A stretch of 62,614 nt of DNA, the filler included, from Collodictyon triciliatum (lineage: Eukaryota), in the NCBI GenBank assembly GCA_043381765.1. It is 23 parts of 23 records of this genome, joined end to end, with 100 filler letters (N's around TTAATTAATTAA, not from the genome) between each part and the next. Parts side by side here need not be neighbours in the genome. Positions count along the whole stretch, not along the records: positions 39,179 to 41,694 come from JBHJMP010008739.1; positions 41,795 to 44,308 come from JBHJMP010008740.1; positions 44,409 to 46,921 come from JBHJMP010008741.1; positions 47,022 to 49,534 come from JBHJMP010008742.1; positions 49,635 to 52,146 come from JBHJMP010008743.1; 18 more parts are not named here. The stretch is one strand, 5' to 3'. A program made the position numbers and the translations under genes. Numbering within the stretch: position 1 is the first letter of the stretch; each line of letters starts with the position of its first letter. Of this stretch, positions 39,469 to 52,246 are shown piece by piece. The notes below the pieces were generated by a model. It was given only the letters and a program-made list of their open reading frames with translations, was not told the DNA's origin and made no database searches.

Positions 39469-41694
39469 ATGAGCGAAAAAGCAACGGCAAAGGCATCCGC
39501 AGCGAACGATGCCGAGCAGACAAAGTCAGCCAAAAAACCGAAGCCTAAGCCAGCTGTTGGCCAAGGCATCAGAAAAGTTGGTCTTCCTGGAGCTGCGAAA
39601 CCGCTGCCGAGTGCTGCGATGCCATCTGCCAAAAAGAAAACCGAACCAGAAGCACCTAAAGGTTTCTTAGCTCATCTAGACTTTTTTCCATCAGTTTCAT
39701 AAACCCTTTCGTTTGTTGCAAAAGTGATCCACCTACCCGCGCATTATCCAACTTTGTATTATTCAACACCTAGCGATGTTCCCCCTTATTCGAAGAGAAA
39801 ATAACCCTTTTTTCTCTTCTTTAATTTGCTCTTTTCTTTTGGTTTGCTCTGTCTCTTTCCTCTTATTTCCTCTCATTTTGTTTTCATTATCGCTTATATA
39901 TTTTTATTTGAAAAATTATCTCTCGCTCCTACGCACAAATCTGGCGGTTTTTTGAACGCTCGCCAGTGAAGAAAAAGAAGGTTTGCATCTTTGATTAGAT
40001 TATGACGATCACGTTGTACGTGGTTTTCTTTGTTTGATCTTAAATACATGGAAAGTGTTCCCTCTGCTTTGCTCTTATTTTAATTTTTTCTTATTTCCCT
40101 TTGAGCACAGAAAATGCGAGTGATATTTGAATGCGCTGCAACATTCAGTCTTTCACAATAAATGAAAACATAGGAGAAGCCCCCATATACTTTACCGGAT
40201 TTGCAACTGCCTCCAATTGATACGCCTCTACGCATACCCGTTCCACAGCCCCTAAACCGCCCTTCAAAGTTGAGAGCGAATGAGCAAGAGGAGGCGAGCC
40301 AGCCAATCCAAGTTAACACGACTTCAAAAAGTGGCGCTGGTGAGTCATATGCATTGAGCTTGGTGAGATGTTTGTGCTCCTGCTGTTTATATTTTTTTAT
40401 GCCAAAGTCTTTTCCTTTTTCCTTTTTCCCTTTTTTCCTTCTTTTTCTCTTTCTTTTCCTCCTTTTTTTTCCCTTCTCTCCAGAATTTTTCAATTTGTGT
40501 TTGTGTTTGTTCCTGTCTTAATGTCCCATGCGCCCGCCTTGTGGGTGGATTGCGCAAGTCGACAGCAAAACCGATCGCCTGCTTGGAACCTTCCAAAAAC
40601 GTCTCCGGATTGCCTCACCACTATGATTCCATATTTGGTATCACGACTTATTTATCAATTTTCCGCCTAATTTCCATTTAAGGGAAAATTGTACCTGTCG
40701 AGGGAGCAAAGAAGCCCACAGTCGCCGCACACAGAGATGAAAAGATTGTGATGCAGAACCTCGAGAACCCTGGGGAGAAACCACCGTTTGAAAAATACGT
40801 CCTCAAGCGCGCCGGGTTGCATGATATTTTACAAGAACGTGAAGAATTCGAAAGCCAGAGGGAAGAGAGAGAATTAGAGGAAAAGAATAGAAAGGTAGAT
40901 AATAAATAGCATACAAATCTGAAATCGATTTTTTTTTGTCCGATACCAACGAATGTTACATATACGGCTTTCAATATTTTCAGATCCTCACTGGAAAGTC
41001 ATTTAAAGTGTTCAGTGGTAGACATGCCGTTCGTTATTATTCCAACAAAGTCGTTAAAAGTCGGTATGGTTAATTCTTCGAATCAGCGATACGTTTACTT
41101 ATTAATAATTATGAAATCATTTTCGAACCATTCCCCAGAAAAAAATAATCGTACACGATGAATAGGTGGTTCGATATGACTATGAGTGTCATTTTAGCGT
41201 TCAATTTTTCTTTCTTGGTGGCTATCTATACAAACACAGAGAAATCAAAAGAAATGATGGTCATACTGGACAAAGTATATATATTAGCCTCCCTAATCTC
41301 TTCAATCAGGCTTCACAATAGTTATTTAGAATTCAAATTGTGAATCAAATCTTAGATGAATCAAAATTTTAATATGAATTTCTGCATTTCGAAAGTTGGA
41401 TGCTCTGTTCTTCGCAATATTTACTGTCGAGGCAATAATGAAGTCCATCGCCGACTCACTTTTGATGGGCAAAAAGGCGTATCTAAGACAGCCGTGGAAT
41501 GTTTTTGAGTTTCTGATTCTCTTGGGGAGGTCTGATTTATTTTTTCGTTTAGGAGTTCACAGATATCATAAAATATAGGATAGACATATAATTAGTTATA
41601 AACTTAATTTTTAAAATTAGTTCCCTAGAGTATGTCCATGGGCTAAAAGGAATGTCTTTTGTAAAACTTTTTCGACTATTAAGACCACTAAGGG
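39469..41694 (+). CDS. Voltage-gated Ca2+/Na+ channel alpha subunit, N-terminus to first S4, partial
   Basis: FFAIFTVEAIMKSIA...AYLRQPWNVFEFLI, S4 KLFRLLRPLR. Confidence 0.88.
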
Positions 41695-41794
41695 NNNNNN
41701 NNNNNNNNNNNNNNNNNNNNNNNNNNNNNNNNNNNNNNTTAATTAATTAANNNNNNNNNNNNNNNNNNNNNNNNNNNNNNNNNNNNNNNNNNNN

Positions 41795-42353
41795 CGTGGA
41801 TGACAACAGCGCGTCCAATGACCGAGTACTCGTCGCCATCCAGCGTGGCCCATTCGTTGATGACAGGCAGCAGGCTGGTCTTGACACGGCCTTGCGAGTC
41901 GGCCTTGACATTTCCCAGGTCGCCGTTGTGCGGACGCGGGTCGCTGTCGCCGGGTCGGCCGTGGCGGGCTCCGTCGCTCATGTGGCCCACCGCAAAGTGA
42001 GCGCCGTTGTTTAGGCCTTTGAGCTGGTCGCTGATGTCGCCGTACTGGTGGATGTGGATGCCGTGCGTCTCGTCGATTCCCACACCTTCGATGTCCACAT
42101 CTACACTGATGCCGGGCGATGTTCCGTTCTGGCGCAGGCGAATCACACCTTTTAGCAAACCATCTCGGACGCCTGTGCCGCGCAGAATGCAGATGCCTCG
42201 GCGGATAACGTCTCGTTCTGACGATGCGGGCTGAGGCTGTGTGATTAACACAAGAGTCGTCATGATTGCCATGGCCACCCATACGACTTTCGGCTGCCCG
42301 TGTGCTGTATTTGTGCGGCCTTGACTTGGCGCGGATGCGGCATGGTGGTTCAT
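41795..42353 (-). CDS. Cu/Zn superoxide dismutase with signal/anchor, 3' truncated
   Basis: HGIHIHQYGD, GAHF, HGRP, HNGDLGNV, SVIGRAVVIH. Confidence 0.95.
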
Positions 42354-43405
42354 TTGTCCTCTGCTTGGGATAAGGGGGTTTATCTAGAATATGTGGAATT
42401 TTTCACTGAATTTTTAAATAAGCAAGAGTAAGACAGGAAAAAAGAATCAAAGTTAAAGATGAGGTGAAAAGATGTAGTGATGAATTGTCAGATGGAGAGG
42501 GCTTTGTTACTGATTAAGTGATTTTTGTTTGTAGGAAAAACGGACATCGAGAAGCAAGTGCGCCTTTAACAAAGAGGAGGGGAAGGAGCGCACAAGATAG
42601 TCGAAAGAGAGGAAAAAGACTGGGACAGGTGAATACTGACTACAGGAAAAAATAAATAGGTACTACTTCGAGATCGAAAAAGTGATCGGGATGCAGAGGG
42701 AATATCATGGAAGAGGAAGGCCAAAGTAAAGGCAGAAGGAAATATGAATGGCCCATGTGAGAATGAAAAACGAGAAACATGACACCAGAATGGACTGGTG
42801 CTAGGACGAAGACATATTCTCGGGCAAGTAAGTCAAGAAAAATCAGGAAAATATGATAATAAATTGGTGATGGAGACAGAGACGAAAGTGAAAGTGAAAG
42901 TGAAGATGAAAATGAAGATGAAAATGAAGATGAAGATGAAGATGAAGATGAAAATGAAGATGAAGATGAAGATGAAGATGAAGATGAAAATCGTGGTCAA
43001 GGTGAGTACCATCACGAGATTCATACGTGCCATTCAAAATTACTCCCATGTTTCTGTATAGCAAATCTTGCGGGGATAAACGGAGAGAAACGCGTAATTC
43101 CCACAGAACGGAGAGATTCAGCTGTGTTTAGTGAGGAGTAATTTTTTCTGAAAAGAATTTTCAGGCCGCCCCTGAGCTATTTATACTCTGCCATTTCAAT
43201 TCGTTGGCTTCGAGTACTAGGAAAATGGCAATTTATAGGTAAATGCATGGTGTCGCGCGCACCCACACTTTCAATTTATGTTGGGATATGTCAAACCTGT
43301 AATCTGTCACCGACGTGAATATCGATTTTCTTTATAGGTGCGCGTACTTATTCATGAAAATTAGCTGTTGTACAGGAAAGTCGAATTTCAAGGCATCTTC
43401 GGGCT

Positions 43406-43472
43406 AATCTCAAAGCCAATCTCAAAGCCAATCTCAAAGCCAATTTCAAAGCCAATCTCGAAGCCAATCTCA
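43406..43472. repeat. 12-bp minisatellite (AATCTCAAAGCC) x~5
   Basis: Direct tandem units with single substitutions. Confidence 0.9.
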
Positions 43473-44409
43473 ATCTCCCGTGGAAGATCTCGCCTGATTT
43501 TCGTGCAGCAGAAGCCACAAATCTTGGGAATTTCTTGGTTCTATCAATTCAGGAATCCCACACTTCCCAGGCCAAGTTGAATCCACGCTGGAAGAAAACG
43601 CATTAAAAAATCATATTCTAAAATAGGGGTCATCTCGTGGAAGTTTTTAGTTACTCGTGCAATACATTTAATTTGATGTATTAGAGTAGAGTGAAAATAA
43701 CATTACTATACTATTAATTGTTCAATATTACCAAAAATGTGTTTAGTGTATTCACTTAAAATTGCAATATTTAATATTCCAGAAATGCGACATTCACCAG
43801 TGAACCGGCCGCGATGTGAGGCACCGCCAAGTTGAATCTGATGTTAAGTCCGTGTTGTTTCTCATGCTGACTGATTACGGGCATGTCGCGACGGGTTGTA
43901 GCTACTATTAGGAGAAGACTTGCGACTGAGGGTTTCAAAGTAGATAATTAATCAGTCGCAGATATTAGCAGGCCTTCAATTTACATGGTTTTACAACTCC
44001 TCTGAATGTTGCGGTGTGTTTTTTTTAGCCTCTGTTCATTCTGGCTGGTCATAAATGCGCTTATTCTGGGGTGTTACTCCCAATCTTAAAACCGGAAAAA
44101 TTCATTTGGTTTAGATTTCTGCGTCCGGCACCCTGTTTGGCTAGCAATACGAAATGACTCACAACTCCAGAATACACTGGAAAGTCACAAAGAGACAAAT
44201 ATGCTGTGGTCCCTCGTGGGATGTGTGCACATTCTCTCGCTCTATTGACCTGATTGAGCAAGGAGTCGATATATCCAGGCTGTGTCTTAAAGTTTTTTTT
44301 TTTTTTTTNNNNNNNNNNNNNNNNNNNNNNNNNNNNNNNNNNNNNNNNNNNNTTAATTAATTAANNNNNNNNNNNNNNNNNNNNNNNNNNNNNNNNNNNN
44401 NNNNNNNNT

Positions 44410-44504
<95 letters not shown>

Positions 44505-44542
44505 GGAGACTTTCAGTCACTTATTTGAGACTTTTTTTTTAG

Positions 44543-45563
44543 GTAATGGATTGACTGATAAGAGTGGGGTGCCGTTGGCACTGGCCTTAAGGTCTAATTC
44601 ATCCATCGAAGAGGTTAATCTTTCATGTGAGTATTTTGGAATAGCTCATTTCTGCTCTTATTATCTGGAGAAAACCTTTGTCTTTATTTCTAGTGAATTA
44701 TTTTAGTAAAGCTATTCTTTGCTGACAATAGTTAACCAGTTTGGTAATGACACTTGTCAAGCTCTCGCGTCCATGCTGAATAAGAACAAGAATATTCGAG
44801 TCCTTGATGTGTCATGTTACTAAATTTTATTTTCCATCAACACTCTGAAGCTTTAAATTATTTTATCACACATTTCATTTTAAATTTATTAAATTATCTT
44901 CTTTATCTATTAAACCCATCACCATCTAATACAGTCAACTTTCTGGATGCAAACGCTGCTGTCTCGTTGTGTGACGGACTTCGTGGCGATTGTCACCTTG
45001 AGCTACTGGACCTCAGAGGTTCATAATAATCATCGAGGCATCACATTATACCGCTTCAATTTTGAAAGTGTGATATATGCAAATATGAAGCAGTTGATCA
45101 TAGTAATGCTCCTAATTTTCAAATATGAAGGGAACAACATCAGTGAAAAAGGTGCCATTGCCCTGGCCAAAGTTCTCAAAACCAACAAATCCCTTGTTGC
45201 ATTGTCCATTTCAGGTAAATTATTCATATGTTGTTCCAGATATTTATTACAGTTTTTTTTTTTTAAAAAAAAAAAAAAGAAATCTGAATTTTTTTTCGGG
45301 GAAACTGTGTCAGAATTATTTTACTTTCAGTCGAAATCTTATATTTTATAATGATAACTGATTCATACGGTATCACTATTCCTTCTTTTCTGATGTTTCG
45401 TTTTACATGAGATGGAGATAACATAAATATGCATCTAATTCCATGCTACTTTGTGAATTTCAGGGAATAGTATCAAAGAGAAGGGGGCTGGTGCGATAGG
45501 ACAAGCCCTTTGGGAAAATAAGAAATTAAAATCACTTGATTTATCATGTATAGCTGAGCGTTA

Positions 45564-45660
<97 letters not shown>

Positions 45661-46551
45661 GAATGAATAGGAATAGAGTTTAGACTTAAATTATATTCTC
45701 ATCGATCTAAATTCCATCGAAATATTGTAGACAATAGGATTGGAGATAAAGGATTGGCCAAGGTTGTCGAAGGACTTCGGCATAACCATACAATTGAAGT
45801 ATTAGATATAGAATGTAAGTAAATGGGTCGAAGTGTTGGATAATGAGCCTTGTGACAGAGAAGATCAAAAATCATTCCTCGATTTGATTTTGCAATGTTA
45901 GAATATACGTTGTAATTATAAGCGTAGTGAGTTTGTAATAGCTACAAAACTAAACATTGTTTTGTTTCATTTCCTTCTCGTGATTGCGTATATATCCAAA
46001 AAGGTAACAATGCATCTGATAAATCCGGTGTTGGACTGGCTAGTATATTTCGAGACAATAAGTCCATTCATTCCATCAATATTTCATGTAATCAACACAA
46101 TATTAGAGAACCTTTGAAACATGCTCATGTACCGAAGCTGTTTTATTCTGCTACTTCATCTCCCACAGCGACCTATACCCAATAATATATTAACTCTGCA
46201 CTTATCTCTCGATTTTGCTTTTCGTAAAGACAATCGGTTCGGCCCAAAGACCTTAGGACAATTCTGTGTCGCACTAGACCAGGCCCAACCGCGTAAGCTA
46301 CACACCGTCCAGGCGGAGGGTATATCCAATCCATTTACATATATATATTGCGTTAGCATAAAACGGCACTTAGAATGATGCGTCCAAATAAACAGTGGGT
46401 TATGGGATGGTATCTTAAAATAATATATATATATATATATTGATTCTTTTTTCTTTTTCCATTCGCAGGGCTCAATGGTGTAGGTGAAGACGTGTTAGCT
46501 GACCTTGACCAGTTGCTGCAGGCCACCGCTCCGTTCTCGTCTCGGTTTTGA
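44543..46551 (+). CDS. RNI-type 28-aa LRR protein, C-terminal part
   Basis: Roughly one repeat per exon, e.g. NNISEKGAIALAKVLKTNKSLVALSIS and NRIGDKGLAKVVEGLRHNHTIEVLDIE; TGA at 46549-46551. Confidence 0.9.
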
Positions 46552-47204
46552 GCTTCCCACCAGCGACATCAGCATCGGCTCTTCCCCGTTGTCCATAAAT
46601 CCCCAAAAAAAATAAAGAAAAATGTGAGAAAAAAGAAAAAATTTAGTGCAAACACGCAATGCAAGCAAAGGCCTTCAACAATCATTGTGGAATTGGTATA
46701 TCCAAATGCGCGTTTTGTGTGCCTATTCCTTGGATTTGCCGTACTATGGACCTTATTTTATTTTATTTTTTTTTGGTGATTTTATTTGTTTGTTTTGTTT
46801 GTTTTGTTTGTTTTGTTTGTTTTGTTTGTTTTGTTTGTTTTGTTTGTTTTGTTTGTTTTGTTTGTTTTGTTTGTTTTGTTTGTTTGTTTTGTTTGTTTTG
46901 TTTGTTTTTTTTGTTTGTTTTNNNNNNNNNNNNNNNNNNNNNNNNNNNNNNNNNNNNNNNNNNNNTTAATTAATTAANNNNNNNNNNNNNNNNNNNNNNN
47001 NNNNNNNNNNNNNNNNNNNNNGTATGTATGTATGTATGTATGTATGTATGTATGTATGTATGTATGTATGTATGTATGTATGTATGTATGTATGTATGTA
47101 TGTATGTATGTATGTATGTATTACAGTTTCTATCGCCCTCTCACCTTCACTATCAAGTCTCTTGCCTCGTACGAAACGTAAGCAGGGAACGTAAACTGGC
47201 CTCG

Positions 47205-49242
47205 TCGAATAAGCTCTTTTGTGTCCTCTAGTCCCTCGGTTTCAAACGGGGGCCTTCCTACTAGGAATTCGTACACAAGAACCCCTAAGCTCCACAAATC
47301 CACCTACGAATTTGACCAGGTGATTTAAAACGATGTATTGCATGAGAGCTATGTTGCAGAACAAACGAACAACGGATGCAGCCACTAAGATTCAACATAA
47401 TAAATGGTGTCTCACAAACCTTATCGCCATAAAACTCCTTCTTAATGATTTCTGGTGGCATGTAATCGAGGGTACCGCACACAGTCCTTCTGCGATTGTG
47501 AGGGTCACGAACTGACCAACCAAAGTCAGCAATCTTCAGGTCGCCCTATAATGATACATACACACATACAAATAAATAATAATCAGCAATCTACTACGTA
47601 GGTAGAATCTTTGGGTACCACTTCCAATTAAGCATGCCCTTGAGATACGAATAGAATGCTCGTTATAGCTAAGGCAAAAAAAACTTCGTGACGATGTCTT
47701 TGGAAGGAGACATAATACAGACACAGACAAAAAGCAAACAGGAAACCGAAAGAGGATGAATAGGAAAGGAGAAGCTTGGGCTTCTGGCTGTTGTGTAGCG
47801 ATCCTGTAATAAAGTGCTGGTGGATTACATGAATGTCGAGAAGCAGATTTTCAGGCTTGATATCACGGTGAATCACGTGTCTTTCATGACAATATTTGAG
47901 TGCCTTCGCAAGCGATGCTATGTACTGTTTTTTATTTGAAGACGATGATTTCGATAGTAAGCAACAGTATGCAGCAAATGTAATGTTTGATAGCTTGTTT
48001 TATGGCTCATCAGTTAATTATACCCATATAGGGGAAAAAAAGGAAAATAGAAAATACTTAGATTAAAACAAAACAACTCAATAGAGAAACATAGAAACAT
48101 AGAAACAGAAACAAAGAAGCAAGAGAACAATAAAAAGAAGGATAAAAGAAACTCACGTATCCAGAACGCATCTCAGAAAAGCGTTGACAATCCTTCAGCT
48201 CTTTGTACAACTCCCCACGGGCAGCGAACTCGAGTATCAGAAAAATACGCTTCTCGTCGTGGAAGAAACCATAGAACCCAAGGATATTCGGATGCCTATT
48301 CACAGAGTTTTGCAGGCGTTAGAAATTATCCAATCTACATATTTCAAATAGACGTTTGTTTTGGTTGTACGTGGCAATCACTTTTCTAAAGATAAAAACA
48401 TTTAATTAACATTTACAGGGCATAGGAAAATTGATAGATACATCAGGGTCTTCCCATCTTGGTCGGGATATTTATATAAATGAGAGTGCGGTGGACATCT
48501 CATACCTAAGGCGCGATTGAATTTCAATCTCTCTGCGGAGCTGATGTTCTACATTTCCTTTCTGCAATTGGCATTTATGTAGGACCTATCATTCCAAAAG
48601 AAACAAAATAAGATTTTGAGATACATAATAAACTAGCTTTTAGTTACAAGAAAATCAGACGTATAATAGTTTAGCAACAATTACAACAAATCCCGCACCA
48701 GTATCCAATTGCCATATAACAAATCCAACATAGCAAAATGAGAATGAGAATATAGGTACACGTACAGAGTAATAGATGAACGACTTATTAAGTATTAATA
48801 TATATGTATTCTCCTTTATATATATATATATCTCCTACTTCTTAAATACGTTCATGGGTCAAAATAGCTCCGAGAGACTTGCCTTCAATGCCACGATGTA
48901 CTTTGACTCCTTTTCGCGAGCAAGATACACGTTTCCAAAGCAGCCTCTTCCCAGCAGCCTGCCGATTTGGAAGTCGTCGATGGTCCAGCGCTTCATGGAG
49001 TCCAGCAACGGCGTCTGGACTTGCGTCTGGTCGGTTACTTTTTCCATCGCCGGCGTCTGACGAGGCGATGGCTGAATGAAGCTGTGCGACGGATGCGGCG
49101 ACTGCGGAGGTGGGGGCTGCAACTTTGTCGGAGGTGGTGGCGGGTTTTGGTGGGCGGCCTGGGGCGTTGAAGGTTGGGTGCTGGACGGGAGTTTGCGTGG
49201 CGCTGCTTCATCACCCGCCTTGGGGCTGATGTCATTTGTCAA
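47205..49242 (-). CDS. Aurora kinase, partial
   Basis: [76 protein letters not shown]. Confidence 0.97.
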
Positions 49243-50476
49243 TGGTTAAGGGTGTGATTGCGCGATGGATTCAGTGGTAGAAGGGACAGGTGACACGGAT
49301 GGCCAAAATATATATATATATATATATTAAATATAATTGGGATAGAAATGCACGAGGGTGACTCAAAATGGTGTGGTATATTGAATCAACCATCCAACCA
49401 ACCAACCAGCCAATCAAATTGATGGTTGATAGAAAGAAAGAAAGATAGAAAGATAGAAAGATAGAAAGATAGAAAGATAGAAAGATAGAAAGATAGAAAG
49501 ATAGAAAGATAGAAAGATAGAAAGATAGAAAGATNNNNNNNNNNNNNNNNNNNNNNNNNNNNNNNNNNNNNNNNNNNNTTAATTAATTAANNNNNNNNNN
49601 NNNNNNNNNNNNNNNNNNNNNNNNNNNNNNNNNNTTTGTTTTGTTTTGTTTTGTTTTGTTTTGTTTTGTTTTGTTTTGTTTTGTTTTGTTTTGTTTTGTT
49701 TTGTTTTGTTTTGTTTTGTTTTGTTTTGTTTTTCATCGGCTCGAGTTTGACTTGGCTTAGGCGGCTGCGCGGCGCATCGCCCTTCATCCAGCCCCCTCTG
49801 GTTTTCTGACATAAGTCTTTGGTGCCTCGCAGGTTTGTTAAAGTACCCCAACCACATCAAAGCTGATCTCTGCTTGGGTCGAGAACGGCCCAAAAGCGTG
49901 TTTTGTTATCGGATTGCCAAGGCGATCACATGGCCGTTTGACTGGGCGCTGCCGCATTAGTCCCTTGTGGCTTGAGTGTACCAAACTAAATTTCTATTTT
50001 TGAAAATAATCAAATAATCAAATTGTATTTCTATATATGGTTATTTCATTCAGAGAATTTGTTGTTTCAACCTTAGATAGGTACCAAATCATCCGGCCTG
50101 TGTCCTCGGCCACAAGACATTCAGCAGATTGGCAATTTTATATCATAATTATTATTTTGACTACAACACTTACAAAATGTGTGAAATTGTATTATTATAC
50201 TAGAAATTTTATGATATATATAATTAAATTCCACGTGAAGATTTTAAAAAACTTCACAAGGTTTTTTTGTGTCGGGTGCTGTTTTGAGCACAAGGTGTGA
50301 TTCGGCGCCGTTAGCCGCTGTGCAGGTATCCAGTTTTTTTTTTTCCATCCTGGTTGCGCCCGGAAGATAAAGCCTCCTGGCTCAACTCTCCTGATGTCAC
50401 ATGTTTCACGCGTTGGAGTTATGTTATATATTTACATTCTTTTAATACGAGGGGTATCGCAGGGCTGTAGTCGATC

Positions 50477-50701
50477 ATGGAAAGAATTGTATTTTACCCG
50501 CCATACTTTTCTCCTGCTTCGTGCGACGCAGAGTTTCTGGCAGAAAACAAAGAGGTTTTCGACCTTATTGACCAGCAACAATGGGAGGAGGTTAGTTGAA
50601 TCGCTATCGAAAAGAAAATACGAGGCAAAAAAACCATACCCAACGCACGCTCTCCGCCCGCTCACCAAAAATTTTTTTTTTGGCTAAGAGAAAGAGAAGG
50701 G

Positions 50702-50751
<50 letters not shown>

Positions 50752-51944
50752 AAAAAAAAAAAGAAGGAAAAACAGAAAAAGAAAACTCACAAATATATTA
50801 TATGTTGCTAGGTCTTGGAGTACATGCAATGTGACGTAATTACAAACCGCCCCAACCTAAGTGAAACCTCATTCGACACACCTTTGCATTACGTACGGCG
50901 TTTAATCCACATATCAATATATTTTGCAATAAAAAACAGCAGCCAAGTTTTGTAGCATTTGGTGCTCGACCTTACTATTATATTTTATTCTTCCTTTAAT
51001 CGAATAAAGAAAAAAATATTTTATTCTTCCTTTCGATTTATGTGAGGTATGGGGTTTTTGTTGGTCCTTGAAACTTGTACATTTATTTTTTTAACCAAGG
51101 GACTAATGGTCGATAAGCTGTTAAAAATAATACAGGAAGAAAATAAAGACATCAAAACAAAGGACTTTTTTGTGATAGGCATCCACATACTCCGTTTAGA
51201 ACTTGTAAAAAAAAGTGCTTAAATCCAGGCAATCCGAAAAAGATTGCCCCAGGATATAGCACGACGCATGGCAGCAGCTGGTGCTTTCCTCACATTGAAA
51301 AATGCCATGGGACTTACACCTTATGACCTTGCTAAGGTACTTCCCATTTCTTAGAAATATCCGTTTCTTCTAGATTTGCGATTCCATCGCTTCATGTCAT
51401 ATCCATTCAATTTTCCTGAACAGAAATCAGTTTCATAATAAGTCGATTCGTGCGATTAAATCCGAAACTTGATGCCAAAAGGAACTTGGATATGACGAAT
51501 TAGCCGAAGTCGTGAAGCCTGTGTATCAGATCTCCATTCCCGAGGATAATATCCAGAAATTAGAAGCAAATCTTCACAAGGTTTTCGACAATATTCCCAA
51601 TAAAAAATCTAAATGACCCTTATATACCTTTAAACCTCACTTTTTTTTCTCAATCTCACAACAAATCACCATATTCCATCTAGCTGATAATGTCCAGGTC
51701 ACAAAGGCTTATTGAAGGCCGTGGTGTTACACTACCTCAAATAGGACCACTTTTGGAAGGCTTTCCGTCCTACCACTATGAAATTCCTGGGATGCATGGG
51801 GGATTCAATGTGCGAGTCGAAGGAGAAGGAGAATATGCGTATCTGCAAACATACAGTTTCTGTCGTGTGGTAGGAGGCTCGGAACAAACTCACAGAGTTA
51901 CTACCGACGGTTACACACAGTTGTCTGAAAACGATGAGCAATAA
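50477..51944 (+). CDS. Ankyrin-repeat protein with C-terminal PGMxGGF / CRVVGGS domain, 4 introns
   Basis: DTPLHY|AIRK...GAFLTLKNAMGLTPYDLAK|ELGYDELAEVVKP...|...LPQIGPLLE...IPGMHGGF...SFCRVVGGSEQTHRVT. Confidence 0.8.
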
Positions 51945-52045
51945 ACTTAAGCACAAACTCCACCGCCAGACTGATTCAGCAACACTCTCATCGGCGACAT
52001 CTTTTAAGTAGAGACAGTTCTTTTTCGGAACAACGCAATAAAAGA

Positions 52046-52146
52046 TTTTTTTTTTTATTCTAAAAGTCTTAGCTGTTGAGCCCGTCTCAACAATCTTTCA
52101 TTCAACCATCAGGCAAGTAGTTCCAAAGTAGGTGGGGATGTGTGGG
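52046..52146 (-). mobile_element. Retroelement-like repeat 3' end (copy 3) with hairpin and A-tail
   Basis: Same 48-nt core as copies 1 and 2. Confidence 0.75.
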
Positions 52147-52246
52147 NNNNNNNNNNNNNNNNNNNNNNNNNNNNNNNNNNNNNNNNNNNNTTAATTAATT
52201 AANNNNNNNNNNNNNNNNNNNNNNNNNNNNNNNNNNNNNNNNNNNN

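Noticed and set aside
43406-43472. Tandem repeat considered as CRISPR-like
   Set aside because: Contiguous 12-bp units with no spacers and no cas genes; eukaryotic context.
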